Positions 52,380-63,364 of a stretch of 64,000 nt of DNA are shown one piece after another. Below the pieces are notes generated by a model. That model made no database searches. It saw only the letters and a list, made by a program, of their open reading frames with translations, and had not been told where the DNA came from. Every line of letters begins with the position of its first letter. Within the stretch, counting starts at the first letter, position 1. The position numbers and the translations under genes were made by a program. Source of the stretch: an uncultured Bacteroidales bacterium (GTDB lineage: Bacteria > Bacteroidota > Bacteroidia > Bacteroidales > WCHB1-69); contig CAMVBK010000015.1 of the NCBI GenBank assembly GCA_947165685.1, positions 776 to 64,775 of the forward strand. Direction: 5' to 3'.

Positions 52380-52847
52380 ATGGAAAGAATAGCTGTTTAT
52401 GCCGGCTCGTTCTGTCCTTTCACGAAAGGACACGAGGACATCGTCAGACAAGCTCTGCCGCTTTTCGACACAATTATCATTCTCGTCGGGAAAAACTCGC
52501 AAAAAAAGGACGTTTTCTCCGTGGAGGATCGTCTCAAATGGATTTCGAGGCTCTATGTCGACGTGCCGAACGTGTATCCTTTCACCCACGATGGACTAAC
52601 CGTCAATTTCTGCAAGTCGGCGAATGCCCGCTATCTCATTCGCGGCCTCCGCAGCGCGCAGGATTTCGAAAGCGAGCAGGCGATGGCCGAAATCAACCAC
52701 CGCCTCAATCCCGATGTGGAGACCGTCTTTTTCATCGCCTCGCCCCAATACCGCAACGTCTCCTCCTCCCTCGTCCGGGAGCTGTGGGCGCTGAAAGCCG
52801 ACTATTCCCCGTATCTCTCCTACCCTCTCCCTCCGTATCAGCCGTAA
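52380..52847 (+). CDS. coaD: pantetheine-phosphate adenylyltransferase
   Basis: Contains AVYAGSFCPFTKGHEDIV, RGLRSAQDFESE and ISSSLVRE motifs. Confidence 0.9.
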   Translation: MERIAVYAGSFCPFTKGHEDIVRQALPLFDTIIILVGKNSQKKDVFSVEDRLKWISRLYVDVPNVYPFTHDGLTVNFCKSANARYLIRGLRSAQDFESEQAMAEINHRLNPDVETVFFIASPQYRNVSSSLVRELWALKADYSPYLSYPLPPYQP

Positions 52848-54299
52848 ATGAATCGACACATCAGCCATATCATATTGACGGTAAGCCTATTAGCTGCTTT
52901 CTGCAGTCAAGCGCAGTCGCCCGTGACCATCACCGGGACTGCTCGCTTTGCCGCCGGAGAGGAAATCAGGCTGCTGGTCTATAATGACCTGCTGAACGGC
53001 ATCGCTGATGTGGTAGCCACCGACATTATCGACAAGCAGGGGCGTTTTTCCCTGAAATACAATACGAACGACATCCTGCTCGCCCAGTTAGCCATCCGCG
53101 CCACCAAAGCCGAGTTCTTCATTGTGCCGTCGAACAGCTACAATTTCACCGTTTCCGTCGATAGTACCCTTTTCCAGCGTATCAATCCCGAAAAATACGG
53201 CGGTTTCTTACAAATCGAAAATCTCAGTGCCGACACCGCCGACCTGAACTACAAAATCAACCGCTTTTCACGGTTTTTCAACCAAGTTTCTGATGCTTAC
53301 GCCTACCCGATGTTCTACGGTGCGGAATACAATGTGTTCGATTCCGTACGCTCCATTATTTCGGAACAATTTGATTTTCAGTATATTCCGACAAATTTTT
53401 ACCAATCCTACGGCTACTATACGTTAGCGAGCCTCGACATGCTGGAATACCGTAAAAAACCGGTTTACCTCTACCAGAAATACTTCGACAACGACTATAT
53501 CCTTTACAACAACCCGGCCTACATGTCGCTTTTCAACCAATATTACGAAGGTTATCTCTACTATTCCCCCTATATTTCCAAGGAGCTGCTTGACCGTACG
53601 GTCAACGAGACGCCAGACTACCCCACCCTGTTCAACGAGGTGGGCCGCGACCCGAAACTGACCAACGCACGTCTTCGTGAATTGGTGATAATCAAGAACT
53701 TGATTAGTTTTATGGACAACAAGGAGTTTGACCGCGGCAACGTAATCAAAGTGTTGGAATATATTGGGAAGACTACCTCTTTTGAAAAGCATAAAGAACT
53801 TATAAATAGCAAGTTAAAGTCGATCAAGACGGTTTCGGAACAGAGCGGTGAGACCGCTTTCCTGAACGAGAAAGGGCACAAGGCCAAACTTAAACAATTC
53901 GAAGGGAAACCCGTCTATTTGCAAGTGTTTCAGACGGACTGTATCAGTTGTATTCAGGAAATGATGATAATCAAGGAGTTATATAGCAAATATAAAGAAA
54001 AAGTGCAGTTTGTGAGCTTATGCGTTGATCCGGACAAGAGCACATACCAAGCGTTTGTCAAGCAGTTCGGCAAGCAGTTCGACTGGCCGATACTCTACTT
54101 CGACGAGCAATACGACTGGCTTCAGCAGCGCGGCATTGAGACGCTCCCCGACTATCTCATGCTGAATGAAAAAGGCACATTGTCAATGCGTTATCCTCCC
54201 GCTCCGACAAAGGGACTGCCGGAATATCTACAGCAGATTTTCCCGGATGAGGACGGAAACGAGGAGAATCCGCTCTTTTACAATCGAAACAAACAATAA
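52848..54299 (+). CDS. thioredoxin-fold (TlpA/redoxin-like) protein with long N-terminal domain
   Basis: Has a signal peptide. The C-terminal part reads GKPVYLQVFQTDCISCIQE (CxxC) and ETLPDYLMLNEKG. Confidence 0.65.
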   Translation: MNRHISHIILTVSLLAAFCSQAQSPVTITGTARFAAGEEIRLLVYNDLLNGIADVVATDIIDKQGRFSLKYNTNDILLAQLAIRATKAEFFIVPSNSYNFTVSVDSTLFQRINPEKYGGFLQIENLSADTADLNYKINRFSRFFNQVSDAYAYPMFYGAEYNVFDSVRSIISEQFDFQYIPTNFYQSYGYYTLASLDMLEYRKKPVYLYQKYFDNDYILYNNPAYMSLFNQYYEGYLYYSPYISKELLDRTVNETPDYPTLFNEVGRDPKLTNARLRELVIIKNLISFMDNKEFDRGNVIKVLEYIGKTTSFEKHKELINSKLKSIKTVSEQSGETAFLNEKGHKAKLKQFEGKPVYLQVFQTDCISCIQEMMIIKELYSKYKEKVQFVSLCVDPDKSTYQAFVKQFGKQFDWPILYFDEQYDWLQQRGIETLPDYLMLNEKGTLSMRYPPAPTKGLPEYLQQIFPDEDGNEENPLFYNRNKQ

Positions 54300-54311
54300 A
54301 AAATCACGAAT

Positions 54312-54821
54312 ATGAAAAAGAACATCATCATCATCCTTTGCATGGTTCTGAGTATCAATGTTTTTGCGCAGGAAGCCAAAGACAAGCATCTCGCCAAACT
54401 GCCTGCCGTCGAGATTCAGGATTTAAACGGCAACGCCTTCAACACCAAGGATATACAAAACGACGGGAAGCCCGTAATTGTGAGTCTGTGGGCCACATGG
54501 TGCAAGCCTTGCATCGCCGAATTGTTGGCCATCGCCGACGAATACGAGGACTGGGTGGCGGAGACCGGCGTGAAGCTGTATGCCATCTCCATCGACGATG
54601 CCAAGACTTCCGCTCGTGTCGCGCCGTTCGTGAAGGGCAAGAATTGGGAATATACCGTGTTGTTGGACGTTAACTCCGACTTCAAACGCGCCATGAACGT
54701 CAACGACGTGCCTTACATGTGCATCCTGAACGGCGACGGCGAGATCGTGTGGCAGCACACCTCCTACGCCCCCGGCAGCGAAGAGGAAGTCTATGAGGTC
54801 ATCAAGTCCTTAGTCAAGTAA
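54312..54821 (+). CDS. TlpA-family thiol-disulfide oxidoreductase
   Basis: Has a signal peptide and the sequence KPVIVSLWATWCKPCIAEL. Confidence 0.85.
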   Translation: MKKNIIIILCMVLSINVFAQEAKDKHLAKLPAVEIQDLNGNAFNTKDIQNDGKPVIVSLWATWCKPCIAELLAIADEYEDWVAETGVKLYAISIDDAKTSARVAPFVKGKNWEYTVLLDVNSDFKRAMNVNDVPYMCILNGDGEIVWQHTSYAPGSEEEVYEVIKSLVK

Positions 54822-54848
54822 AATCGTTTCCAACTTATCCGTAACTAT

Positions 54849-56579
54849 ATGATTTTCAAATCTACCAAGCGAGTTTTTCTCGCTTTTTCCTTTGTCTTGC
54901 TCGGTGTCGCGGCTTTTGCGCAGCACCAAATCGGGAACGGGCGGATCAGCGGCGACTTCGGCTTCAACGGCATGTACTACGTTCCGGATTCCATCATCGG
55001 GGCGGAGCCGGTGGAGTCGAAAGTGCGCGGCAACGCTTTCCTTAATATATTATATAGCAACGGCGGATTCTCGGCGGGTGCCCGCTACGAATTCTATCAG
55101 TTTCCGCTCATCGACTTCGAGAAAATCGGGTATAAGGGACAGGGTGTCAAGTATTTCTTCGCTGACTACACCAACAAGTTCATTTCGGTGACGGCGGGCA
55201 ACTACTACGAGCAGTTCGGCAACGGGCTGACCCTCCGCGCCTACGAGGATCGTCAGCTCGGCATCGACAACAGCCTGCTGGGTGCGCGGGTGAAAATCAC
55301 GCCCTACCGAGGCGTCTATATCAAGGGGGTCTGGGGCATCGAGCGACGCAATTTCGACAGCTACATCGGCCGGAACGACTTTGTGCGCGGCGGCGACGTA
55401 GAGCTCTCCTTCGGCGAGATGTTCCCGGTCATCCAGGAGAAAGGCTTCATCGCCCGCGTGGGCGGCAGTTTCGTGAGCAACTTCGACAAGCCAGACCAGA
55501 CCGTACAGTTCCAGCTCTATCCCGAAACCGACTCCGCCACCACAGCGGTCATTCCGAAGGAGAAGTTCCCTTCCAATGTGGCCACCTGGGCGGCGCGCAT
55601 GACCTTCGGGTACAAGGATTTCCGCTTGGACGGTGAATACGCGCGGAAGATGAACGACCCGAACATCAGCAACGGCTTCATATACAAGCCCGGCGAAGCG
55701 CTCTTCCTGTCTGCCACCTACGCCATGAAAGGCCTCGGCGTCGCGGCCTCGTTCATTCGTGCCGACAACATGGAGTTCCGTTCGCAGCGGATGGAAAACA
55801 GCAACTCCCTGCTCATGATCAACTGCATCCCGGCCATCAACCGGCAGTACTCCTACCAGCTGATCGGCAACTACAGCTACGCCAGCCAACCCAACAGCCA
55901 GATTGGGGTGCAGCTGCAGGTCAACTATCAGATTCCCAAGAAGTCGGTGCTCGGCGGGAAGTACGGTACCGACCTCACCTTCAACTATTCGCGCTTCCAT
56001 GACATTGACAAGCAGCCGGTGCCCGAAGCCGTCGAAAACGGCACCATGATCGGCACCACGGGCTACACCTCCAAGTTCTTCAAGTTCGGCCCGACCCTGC
56101 TGTATCAGGACATCGGTCTCGAAATCAGCCACCGTTTCAACAACAAGAAATGGAAATTGATCCTGGCCTACAACTACATCACCTACAACTTGGAGATCCT
56201 GCAGGGCCATGCCGGCATGATGCGCGGGCATTTGGTGGCCTCCGACCTCTCCTACAAGATCACCCCGAAACACGCGCTGCGCCTCGAACTGCAAAATCTC
56301 TACACCAAAGACGACGAGGGCAGCAGCGCATACACCATGTTGGAGTACTCATTCAGTCCGAGCTGGTTCGTTTCCATCAGCAACGAATGGAACTACGGCA
56401 ACCCGATCAAAAGCCACAGAACGTCCTACTACAACATTGCCTGCGCCTACGTGTGGAACACCACGCGCATCGCCCTGAACTTCGGCAAGACCAAGGAGGG
56501 CATCCTGTGTGTCGGCGGTGTCTGCCGCGCGGTACCCGCCTCTTACGGCGTGGGATTGTCCATCACGACATCGTTCTAA
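54849..56579 (+). CDS. putative outer-membrane beta-barrel protein (DUF6029-like)
   Basis: Has a signal peptide, is Tyr/Gly/Asn-rich with alternating strands, and ends in Phe (SITTSF). The family name is from memory only. Confidence 0.55.
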   Translation: MIFKSTKRVFLAFSFVLLGVAAFAQHQIGNGRISGDFGFNGMYYVPDSIIGAEPVESKVRGNAFLNILYSNGGFSAGARYEFYQFPLIDFEKIGYKGQGVKYFFADYTNKFISVTAGNYYEQFGNGLTLRAYEDRQLGIDNSLLGARVKITPYRGVYIKGVWGIERRNFDSYIGRNDFVRGGDVELSFGEMFPVIQEKGFIARVGGSFVSNFDKPDQTVQFQLYPETDSATTAVIPKEKFPSNVATWAARMTFGYKDFRLDGEYARKMNDPNISNGFIYKPGEALFLSATYAMKGLGVAASFIRADNMEFRSQRMENSNSLLMINCIPAINRQYSYQLIGNYSYASQPNSQIGVQLQVNYQIPKKSVLGGKYGTDLTFNYSRFHDIDKQPVPEAVENGTMIGTTGYTSKFFKFGPTLLYQDIGLEISHRFNNKKWKLILAYNYITYNLEILQGHAGMMRGHLVASDLSYKITPKHALRLELQNLYTKDDEGSSAYTMLEYSFSPSWFVSISNEWNYGNPIKSHRTSYYNIACAYVWNTTRIALNFGKTKEGILCVGGVCRAVPASYGVGLSITTSF

Positions 56580-56637
56580 GGCTTGACGATGCTTCTAAAA
56601 AATTGAATAGATCACTTTTGCAAATAAAAAAACAAAT

Positions 56638-57045
56638 ATGAAAAACATCTTGCTTACATTGGCGATTGTGCTCGCCGCCGTTGTGGTTTCCGCTCAGATG
56701 ACGTTCACCGTACAAGGACCGGAGAAAAAATACAACCAGATCCGAATCGTGAACGAGACCTCCCAGACGAATTTCAAATGCCGTGTCCTCATCCTGAACG
56801 AGGACGGCAGCGACTCGAAGGAGGTCTATGGCGTTTATGAATTGAAGGAGAAGGGGGATTCCGACTTCAACACGAACAAGATTCTGCAAGGCACAAAGCT
56901 GAAAATCCAGAAGCCCAAGGGTTTTCCCGTAGAACTGGACTTCAACGTTGAATACAAGAACATTCCGCTGTTCGACATCATCATCATACACCTCTTCGAC
57001 AAGGGCGCGGACGCGAACGCGGCCCCTTCGGAAGAGTTCGAATAA
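56638..57045 (+). CDS. small secreted protein of unknown function
   Basis: 135 aa with signal peptide MKNILLTLAIVLAAVVVSAQ. Confidence 0.55.
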   Translation: MKNILLTLAIVLAAVVVSAQMTFTVQGPEKKYNQIRIVNETSQTNFKCRVLILNEDGSDSKEVYGVYELKEKGDSDFNTNKILQGTKLKIQKPKGFPVELDFNVEYKNIPLFDIIIIHLFDKGADANAAPSEEFE

Positions 57046-57230
57046 GCTGCGGGGGAAATCACCGCGGATTTGTGCGGGAAAGAATCTCTGCAAAATAGCA
57101 CGGGTTTGCGCGGAAGGGAAATACTGCCTCTGCCGCGCAAAACTGTATTTGGGGGTGTTATTGAGACGGGATAACTCGAAAGCCCGAATCTCCTTGGGAA
57201 AAAAGGACCGAAAAACTATGCTAATAGACA
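57046..57230. repeat. dispersed CTGCGGGAAAT-type repeat element
   Basis: Reads CTGCGGGGGAAATC..GCGGATTTGTGCGGGAAAGAATCTCTGC.. plus a 9-bp inverted repeat TTTGCGCGG/CCGCGCAAA. It shares GAA(A/G)AATCTCTGC and CTGCGGG(A/G)GAAAT blocks with the reverse complement of 29430-29500. Confidence 0.6.
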
Positions 57231-57332
57231 ATTCATTAAATTAATCAAGCAATGAGAAAAACAAGACTCTTTCTGGCATTCGCAGCCTCTTTAGCGTTGC
57301 CCCCGAAATCGCCCTCGGAAATCTCAACAAAC

Positions 57333-57368
57333 AAAAAAAGCCGTGCGCCCCATCCCTGAGGCGCACGA
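57333..57368 (-). terminator. rho-independent terminator of clpB
   Basis: On the minus strand the hairpin CGTGCGCC-10 nt-GGCGCACG is followed by GCTTTTTTT. Confidence 0.75.
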
Positions 57369-57398
57369 CCTTTCTATTCACTACTCACAAATCACAAA

Positions 57399-59996
57399 TC
57401 ACTTCTTGTAGAACACGAACTTCCCGTCCTCCATGGAGTCCACCACGATGGTGTCGCCGGAACCGAGATCGTCGGAGAGGATCAGCTTCGAGAGCTCGTT
57501 CATGATCTGCTTCTGGATGACCCGCTTCAGCGGACGTGCGCCAAACATCGGGTCGTAGCCCAAGTCAGCCAGCAGCTTCATTGCGTAGTCGCTGAACTCG
57601 ATGTTCAGGTTCCGCTGCGCCAACAGCTTGCGCAGGTTGTCCAGCTGCAGATTGATGATGTCCTTAATCTCGCGCTTCGACAGCGGCTGGAACATCACGA
57701 TCTCGTCGATACGGTTCAAGAACTCCGGTTTCAACGTCTTCTTCAGCAGCTCGTTGAGTTCCGCTTTCGTCTTCTGGAAGACCTCGTCATTGGACTGTCC
57801 GTTCGGGTTGGCGTAGTTCTCCTGAATAATGTTCGAACCGAGGTTCGAGGTCATGATGATGATGGTGTTCTTGAAGTCGGCCACCCTACCCTTGTTATCA
57901 GTCAACCGTCCGTCGTCGAGCACCTGCAGCAGCACGTTGAACACATCGGGGTGTGCCTTCTCGATCTCGTCGAACAGAATCACGGAATAGGGTTTGCGGC
58001 GCACCTTCTCGGTGAGCTGGCCGCCCTCGTCGTAGCCCACGTATCCTGGAGGCGAACCGATGAGTCGGGAGACCGAGTAGGATTCCTGGAACTCGCTCAT
58101 ATCGAACCGCGTCATGGCCTCCTCGGTGTTGAAGAGGTACTCGGCCAACGCCTTGGCCAACTCGGTCTTGCCCACGCCGGTGGTGCCCATGAAGATGAAC
58201 GAACCCAACGGACGGCGAGGATCCTGCAGACCCGCACGGCTTCTGCGGATGGCGTCGGACACGGCCTCGATGGCCTCGTCCTGGCCCACCACACGTTTGT
58301 GCAGCTCCTCCTCCAAGTGCAGCAGTTTCGATTTCTCACTCTGCATCATCTTGGTTACAGGGATGCCGGTCCAACGCGCCACCACCTCCGCGATATCGTC
58401 GGCAGTGACCTTCTCGTCTATCATCGCGTGGCCGTCCTGCAGCTTCTCTAACTCTTCCTGCAACTTCACAATCTGGTCCTCATCGTTCTTGATCAGGCCG
58501 TAACGCAGTTCCGCCACACGGCCGTAGTTGCCCTGGCGCTCCTGCTCGGCGGCCTCCAACTTGTAGGCCTCGATTTCGTCCTTGCAGTGCTGGATTTTGT
58601 CCATAATCTCCTTCTCGCTGCGCCATTTGGTGGAGAGAGCGTTGCGTTTCTCCTGCAACTCGGCAATGGTCTTGCTCAGCTGCTCGACCTTCTTGTCGTC
58701 CTTCTCGATTTTCAACGCCTCGCGCTCAATCTCCAACTGGGAGATACGGTGTTGCACGTCATCCAATTCCTCCGGCACGGAGTTGATTTCGAGTTTCAGC
58801 TTGGCAGCGGCCTCGTCGATGAGGTCGATGGCCTTGTCGGGGAGGAAACGGTCGCCGATGTAACGCTGCGACAGCTCCACCGCCGCGATGATGGCCTCGT
58901 CCATGATTTTCACCTGATGGTGATTCTCATACCGCTCCTTCAAGCCACGGAGAATGGAGATAGCGCTGTACTTGTCAGGCTCCTCGATTTTCACCGGCTG
59001 GAAACGACGCTCCAAGGCTTTGTCCTTCTCGAAGTATTTCTGGTACTCGTCGAGGGTGGTGGCGCCGATGGAACGCAGCTCGCCACGCGCCAAGGCCGGT
59101 TTCAGGATGTTGGCAGCATCCATAGCGCCCTCGCCCGACGCACCCGCACCCACGAGGGTGTGGATCTCGTCAATGAAGAGGATGATCTCGCCGTTGGACT
59201 CGATGACCTCGTTCACGACGCTCTTCAGACGCTCCTCGAACTCGCCTTTGTACTTGGCACCGGCAATCAAGGCGCCCATATCAAGGGAGAAGATTTTCTT
59301 GGTCTTCAGATTCTCTGGAATATCGCCACTGACCAAACGCTGGGCCAATCCTTCCGCGATAGCGGTCTTGCCGACACCGGCCTCACCGATCAGAATCGGG
59401 TTGTTCTTGGTACGGCGCGACAGAATCTGCAGCACACGGCGGATCTCCTCGTCACGACCGATGACCGGATCGAGTTTGCCCTTCTTGGCCATCTCGTTGA
59501 GGTTCTTGGCGTACTTGTTCAGGGCGTTGTAGGTCTCCTCCTGGTTCTCGCCGGAGACTTTCTTGCCGTTATGCAGCTCCGCGATAGCCGCTTTGAGTCC
59601 TTTTTCGGTAACACCGGCGTCCTTCAGCATCTGCGCCGCCTGCCCACCGGCCATGAAGATACCGTAGAGCAGGTGTTCAAGTGCCATATACTCGTCGCCG
59701 GAGCTGTCGCAGAACATGGCGGCTTTCTGCATGGCGGTCTGGGTGGTGCCGCCGAGGTAGATTTCGTTACCGCTGCTCTTGGGCAGACGGTTGATCTCGC
59801 GCTCCACCGCCTGCTTGAGCGTGGCGGGGTTGCACGACTGCTTCTTCAGCAGGAAGGGGACCACGTTGTCATCCGTGTCGAGCATCGACTTGAGGATGTG
59901 CAAGGTGTCCACCTGCTGGTTCTGGTTTCGGGCCGCCAGCATCTGGGCGTTCCCGATCACCTCTTGGGTTTTTATCGTTAAATTATTCGGGTTCAT
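57399..59996 (-). CDS. clpB: ATP-dependent chaperone ClpB
   Basis: Two AAA+ modules ([22 protein letters not shown]), a long middle coiled-coil and a Clp_N domain. Start at [12 protein letters not shown]. Confidence 0.95.
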   Translation of the reverse strand: MNPNNLTIKTQEVIGNAQMLAARNQNQQVDTLHILKSMLDTDDNVVPFLLKKQSCNPATLKQAVEREINRLPKSSGNEIYLGGTTQTAMQKAAMFCDSSGDEYMALEHLLYGIFMAGGQAAQMLKDAGVTEKGLKAAIAELHNGKKVSGENQEETYNALNKYAKNLNEMAKKGKLDPVIGRDEEIRRVLQILSRRTKNNPILIGEAGVGKTAIAEGLAQRLVSGDIPENLKTKKIFSLDMGALIAGAKYKGEFEERLKSVVNEVIESNGEIILFIDEIHTLVGAGASGEGAMDAANILKPALARGELRSIGATTLDEYQKYFEKDKALERRFQPVKIEEPDKYSAISILRGLKERYENHHQVKIMDEAIIAAVELSQRYIGDRFLPDKAIDLIDEAAAKLKLEINSVPEELDDVQHRISQLEIEREALKIEKDDKKVEQLSKTIAELQEKRNALSTKWRSEKEIMDKIQHCKDEIEAYKLEAAEQERQGNYGRVAELRYGLIKNDEDQIVKLQEELEKLQDGHAMIDEKVTADDIAEVVARWTGIPVTKMMQSEKSKLLHLEEELHKRVVGQDEAIEAVSDAIRRSRAGLQDPRRPLGSFIFMGTTGVGKTELAKALAEYLFNTEEAMTRFDMSEFQESYSVSRLIGSPPGYVGYDEGGQLTEKVRRKPYSVILFDEIEKAHPDVFNVLLQVLDDGRLTDNKGRVADFKNTIIIMTSNLGSNIIQENYANPNGQSNDEVFQKTKAELNELLKKTLKPEFLNRIDEIVMFQPLSKREIKDIINLQLDNLRKLLAQRNLNIEFSDYAMKLLADLGYDPMFGARPLKRVIQKQIMNELSKLILSDDLGSGDTIVVDSMEDGKFVFYKK

Positions 59997-60093
59997 TTGT
60001 CTTTTCTCCTTTCTTGTTTTTTCATAACGCGGCAATAACAGCAAATATGTTGCCAAGCGGAGGAGGACTGACAAAATGGCAGGCCGCGAGAGA

Positions 60094-63000
60094 TCAGAGG
60101 GAATAATACGCCTGATATTTTCGGAAATACCGCCAATAGTCCGGCGTTTCGAGTTCTTCGCAAAGTGCCGCGTAGTGCACCTGGTAATAATGACGCATCT
60201 GCTTGGTTACCTCACGGTCGCGCTCGATGCCCGCCGCTTCGGACGGTTCGTCGTAGGGCCGCACGCGCTTTTCCACTTCGATGAACATCTCGCCGCCCCG
60301 GAACATCAGTTCCTCCTTGGGCAGCACATGGCCCATGCCGTGGAGGAAGACCGGCAGGATGTCGGCGCCCAGCTCGCGCGCAATGGCGAATGCCCCCTTG
60401 TGGAAGCGCAGAATGTCACAATGCGGCGAGCGCGTGCCCTCCGGGAAAATGCAGATGGAATAGCCCCGATCGTAGAGGTCGCGCAGGCGCGGGAGGTTCT
60501 TCTCGATGCCGTCGCTCGCCGGATAGCACTCCGCCTTGCGAATCACCAACCCATAAAACGGGTTGCGCCACACCCAGTCGTTGGTCAGGAAAACCACCTT
60601 CGGCGTGAGCGTCATCATGCAAAGCAGATCCAAATGGCTCTGATGGTTGGCGACAATCACCGCCGGCTTCTCGAACGTCTCCCCGACTTCGTTCCGCATC
60701 CGGAAACCGATATGCGGCAGATGACGCACGATAAAATTCGCCATATTATATAATAATGTATGAAAACGAAGCTTCTTCGCCTCGGTGTTCCGCCCGAAAA
60801 GGAAGAAAAGGGCGGTGAACGGGATCAAAATCAGGAAAAACAGCAGAAAGCAAACACCGAATAAAACAGTGTAGGCCAGCCGTTTGAACGTCACCGGGGT
60901 CTCCCGCAGCCTGCCGTTTTTCTTGGTCAGCCAATCGAAGACGACCGGCGGCAGGAAAGAGGCCATCAGCACCACCGTGGCCATACCGATGACCGTCACC
61001 AAGGCCAACGAGCGCAACGCCGGGTGCTTCGCCACCACCAGACAGCCGATGCCCGCAAACATAATGAGCGCGGAGATGACAACGCTGTGCTTGTAGGAGG
61101 CCAACCGGGGCTTGCCAGTCTTGTATTCGTAAAGCAGTCCCTCGGTGATGAAAATCGTGTAGTCGTCGCCCTGGCCGAAAATGAACGTGGCCAAGATAAT
61201 ATTGACGATATTAAACTGTATGCCAGTGAGTTGCATAATCCCTAAAATCCAAATCCAGCTGACCGCCAAGGGCAGAAACGCCAACAGGGCCAGCTCGATC
61301 CGGCGGAAAGAGACCAACAGGAAGAGGAAAACCACGATGCTGCACACCAACCCGATGTAATTGAAGGAGTTACGGAGCATATCGACCATTTGACGCCCCA
61401 CGTCGCCGCCCGAGAATGCAAAGGTGGTTTCGCTGCCGTCGAGCAGGCGGTGCACCGCCTCGGGCGCATCCGTCTTCACATAGCTGATAATCCGGCAGCC
61501 TCCGTCGGCGAGCGGATAGACATACTTGTTCTCGAACGGCTCTATAATATCAGCAAAAGACTCTATGTCAGGTATTTCGCATTTTTCCGACACCATCGTG
61601 AGGAACGGTTGGAAGGCCTCGTCGGAGAAACCCTGCGCCAATGCTTCGCGCCGGAAGTCGCGCAGAAATGCCTCTCTTTCGGCATCCTGCCAGAAGGCGT
61701 TCCAACGCTCGGAGGCCTCCCGGCACCGCTGCTGCGAGGGAAGCATCTCCCCCACCCCGCTGACCGATGCCACCGCCTTGCAGCCATGCAGTTTCACCAG
61801 CATGGAGTCGTGACGATCGACGGCCTCCTGCAATGTACGGCCTTCCGCCACGGCATACATCATGTCGGAAGACTGCAACTTAGAGAGAATCAACAGGTTA
61901 TCCCGCTGTGACGGTGTCATGTAGTTGATGTTCGACAAATTGCTGTCAAACGAGGTTTTCCGCGAAAAATAGCCGAAGACAACCGTGAGCAGCAGTCCGG
62001 CGAGGAGAATCCACGGGCGGGCCTTGCTGCGCGACAGGTGGAAGCCTGTCCATTTGCCGAAGAGGAGGTGTTCGGAGGGGGCCGGGCGGCTGCGCATCAG
62101 CTGCGGCAGGAAGACCAACACGAAGAGGATGGTGCCGAGCAGCATCAGCGAGGCGAAGAGGCCGAGGTCCTGCATGGCGCGGGCATCGAGCCAAAGCAGG
62201 CAGAAAAAAGCCGCCACGGTGGTGAGGTTACCGATGAACAGGGGCAAAACCATCTCACGAAGTGCCTCGCGCCGGTCGCCGCACTCCTTGTACTGGTCGA
62301 GGAAGTGCAGCGGATAGTTGGCCACGATGCCGACGAGCACCGACCCGATGCCCAGCACGATGATGGAGACCCCGCTGCGAATCAGGAACATGCCGGCAAG
62401 CGAGAACAAAGCCCCGAAAAGAATGGAGCCGCCCACCCAGAGGATGTCGGAAAGACGGCGGTAGTGAAGCAGCAAAATCAAGAGTATCAGCACGATGGCG
62501 ATGGAAACGGCCAGAATTGAGTCACGCTTGATCTGCGTGGCGTTGGCTGCGGCAATCAGCGGCGCCCCGACGGCGGCGATTTCGATGCCCGGGACCTCCC
62601 GCTGCACCTCTGCCATCACCGTGTCCAAATAGGCCGACAGCCGACCGTTGTGGAAACTCTCGTTCGCCCCGTACGGGGAGTCGAATGTCAGGATCCCGTG
62701 CTTGCCGTCGCTCGTAAACAGGTAGCCGTCAATTACTTGCAGCGCATCGTTCAGTTTCAGCGAATTCAGCCGTTCCAATGCCGGGGTGAAAAGTTGCAGC
62801 GGGTCGCTCGGAAGGGTGCGCATGAACACGCCGGAGGTGGGGAACATCAGCATACGCTTGTCCGCCGCCAACCTCTCCCGAACAACGCCAGGTGCTTTCA
62901 GAATCGAATCAATCCTTTGGTAGTCAGATGCTTCCAAAAGATACGGTAAATGATTATAGACCGCGTCCATCAAATCGAAGACCTGCGTTTCATCGACGGT

Positions 63001-63321
63001 GACCGTCACATTCTCCCCTTTTCCGTCCTCCGCCAAGCGGTTGCCGAGGAGCTCCATGGCCTCCTGCGCCTTCTCCACGTCCATGGAGTCACCCTTGCCG
63101 GAAAAGACAACGACGATCTGGTTTTGGGTGGCGAACTGCTGATAGACTTCCTGGTATTTCCGGCTCTCGTCGCTGCGCGGCAGGAACTTGGCAATGTCCT
63201 CCTCATAATGCACCCGCGAGGCAAGGAAAACGAACAGAACCGTCAGCAGGACCGCCAAGGAGACGGTCAGCCACCGACGGCTTTCCAGAAAATCGTATAT
63301 TTTGAGAAACAATTTTGTCAT
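60094..63321 (-). CDS. fusion protein: MMPL/RND-like exporter (N-terminal ~830 aa) plus lysophospholipid acyltransferase (PlsC-type) C-terminal domain
   Basis: Has about 12 TM segments in two blocks. The C-terminal domain carries VANHQSHLDLL (HX4D) and FPEGTRS motifs. Confidence 0.85.
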   Translation of the reverse strand: MTKLFLKIYDFLESRRWLTVSLAVLLTVLFVFLASRVHYEEDIAKFLPRSDESRKYQEVYQQFATQNQIVVVFSGKGDSMDVEKAQEAMELLGNRLAEDGKGENVTVTVDETQVFDLMDAVYNHLPYLLEASDYQRIDSILKAPGVVRERLAADKRMLMFPTSGVFMRTLPSDPLQLFTPALERLNSLKLNDALQVIDGYLFTSDGKHGILTFDSPYGANESFHNGRLSAYLDTVMAEVQREVPGIEIAAVGAPLIAAANATQIKRDSILAVSIAIVLILLILLLHYRRLSDILWVGGSILFGALFSLAGMFLIRSGVSIIVLGIGSVLVGIVANYPLHFLDQYKECGDRREALREMVLPLFIGNLTTVAAFFCLLWLDARAMQDLGLFASLMLLGTILFVLVFLPQLMRSRPAPSEHLLFGKWTGFHLSRSKARPWILLAGLLLTVVFGYFSRKTSFDSNLSNINYMTPSQRDNLLILSKLQSSDMMYAVAEGRTLQEAVDRHDSMLVKLHGCKAVASVSGVGEMLPSQQRCREASERWNAFWQDAEREAFLRDFRREALAQGFSDEAFQPFLTMVSEKCEIPDIESFADIIEPFENKYVYPLADGGCRIISYVKTDAPEAVHRLLDGSETTFAFSGGDVGRQMVDMLRNSFNYIGLVCSIVVFLFLLVSFRRIELALLAFLPLAVSWIWILGIMQLTGIQFNIVNIILATFIFGQGDDYTIFITEGLLYEYKTGKPRLASYKHSVVISALIMFAGIGCLVVAKHPALRSLALVTVIGMATVVLMASFLPPVVFDWLTKKNGRLRETPVTFKRLAYTVLFGVCFLLFFLILIPFTALFFLFGRNTEAKKLRFHTLLYNMANFIVRHLPHIGFRMRNEVGETFEKPAVIVANHQSHLDLLCMMTLTPKVVFLTNDWVWRNPFYGLVIRKAECYPASDGIEKNLPRLRDLYDRGYSICIFPEGTRSPHCDILRFHKGAFAIARELGADILPVFLHGMGHVLPKEELMFRGGEMFIEVEKRVRPYDEPSEAAGIERDREVTKQMRHYYQVHYAALCEELETPDYWRYFRKYQAYYSL

Positions 63322-63364
63322 AACCGAAAAAAGCGGGCAAAAATACGCTTTTTTTCAGTATAAA

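Noticed and set aside
56563-57231. A 222-aa minus-strand ORF spanning the clpB-proximal spacer.
   Set aside because: Its C-terminal half is antisense to the signal-peptide protein gene 56638-57045. The rest of it translates the CTGCGGGAAAT-type repeat element.
57252-57359. A 35-codon ORF, MRKTRLFLAFAASLALPPKSPSEISTNKKSRAPHP, with a signal-peptide-like start.
   Set aside because: It is too short, runs into the clpB terminator, and has no -7 box. It is probably chance or a gene remnant.
63327-63355. The hairpin AAAAAAGCG-10 nt-CGCTTTTTT between the PorX-like gene and the MMPL fusion gene, considered as a terminator.
   Set aside because: The stem is almost entirely A-T with only three G-C pairs. 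Its loop coincides with the probable -7 box (plus-strand CAAAAATA) of the MMPL gene. It is too weak to call.
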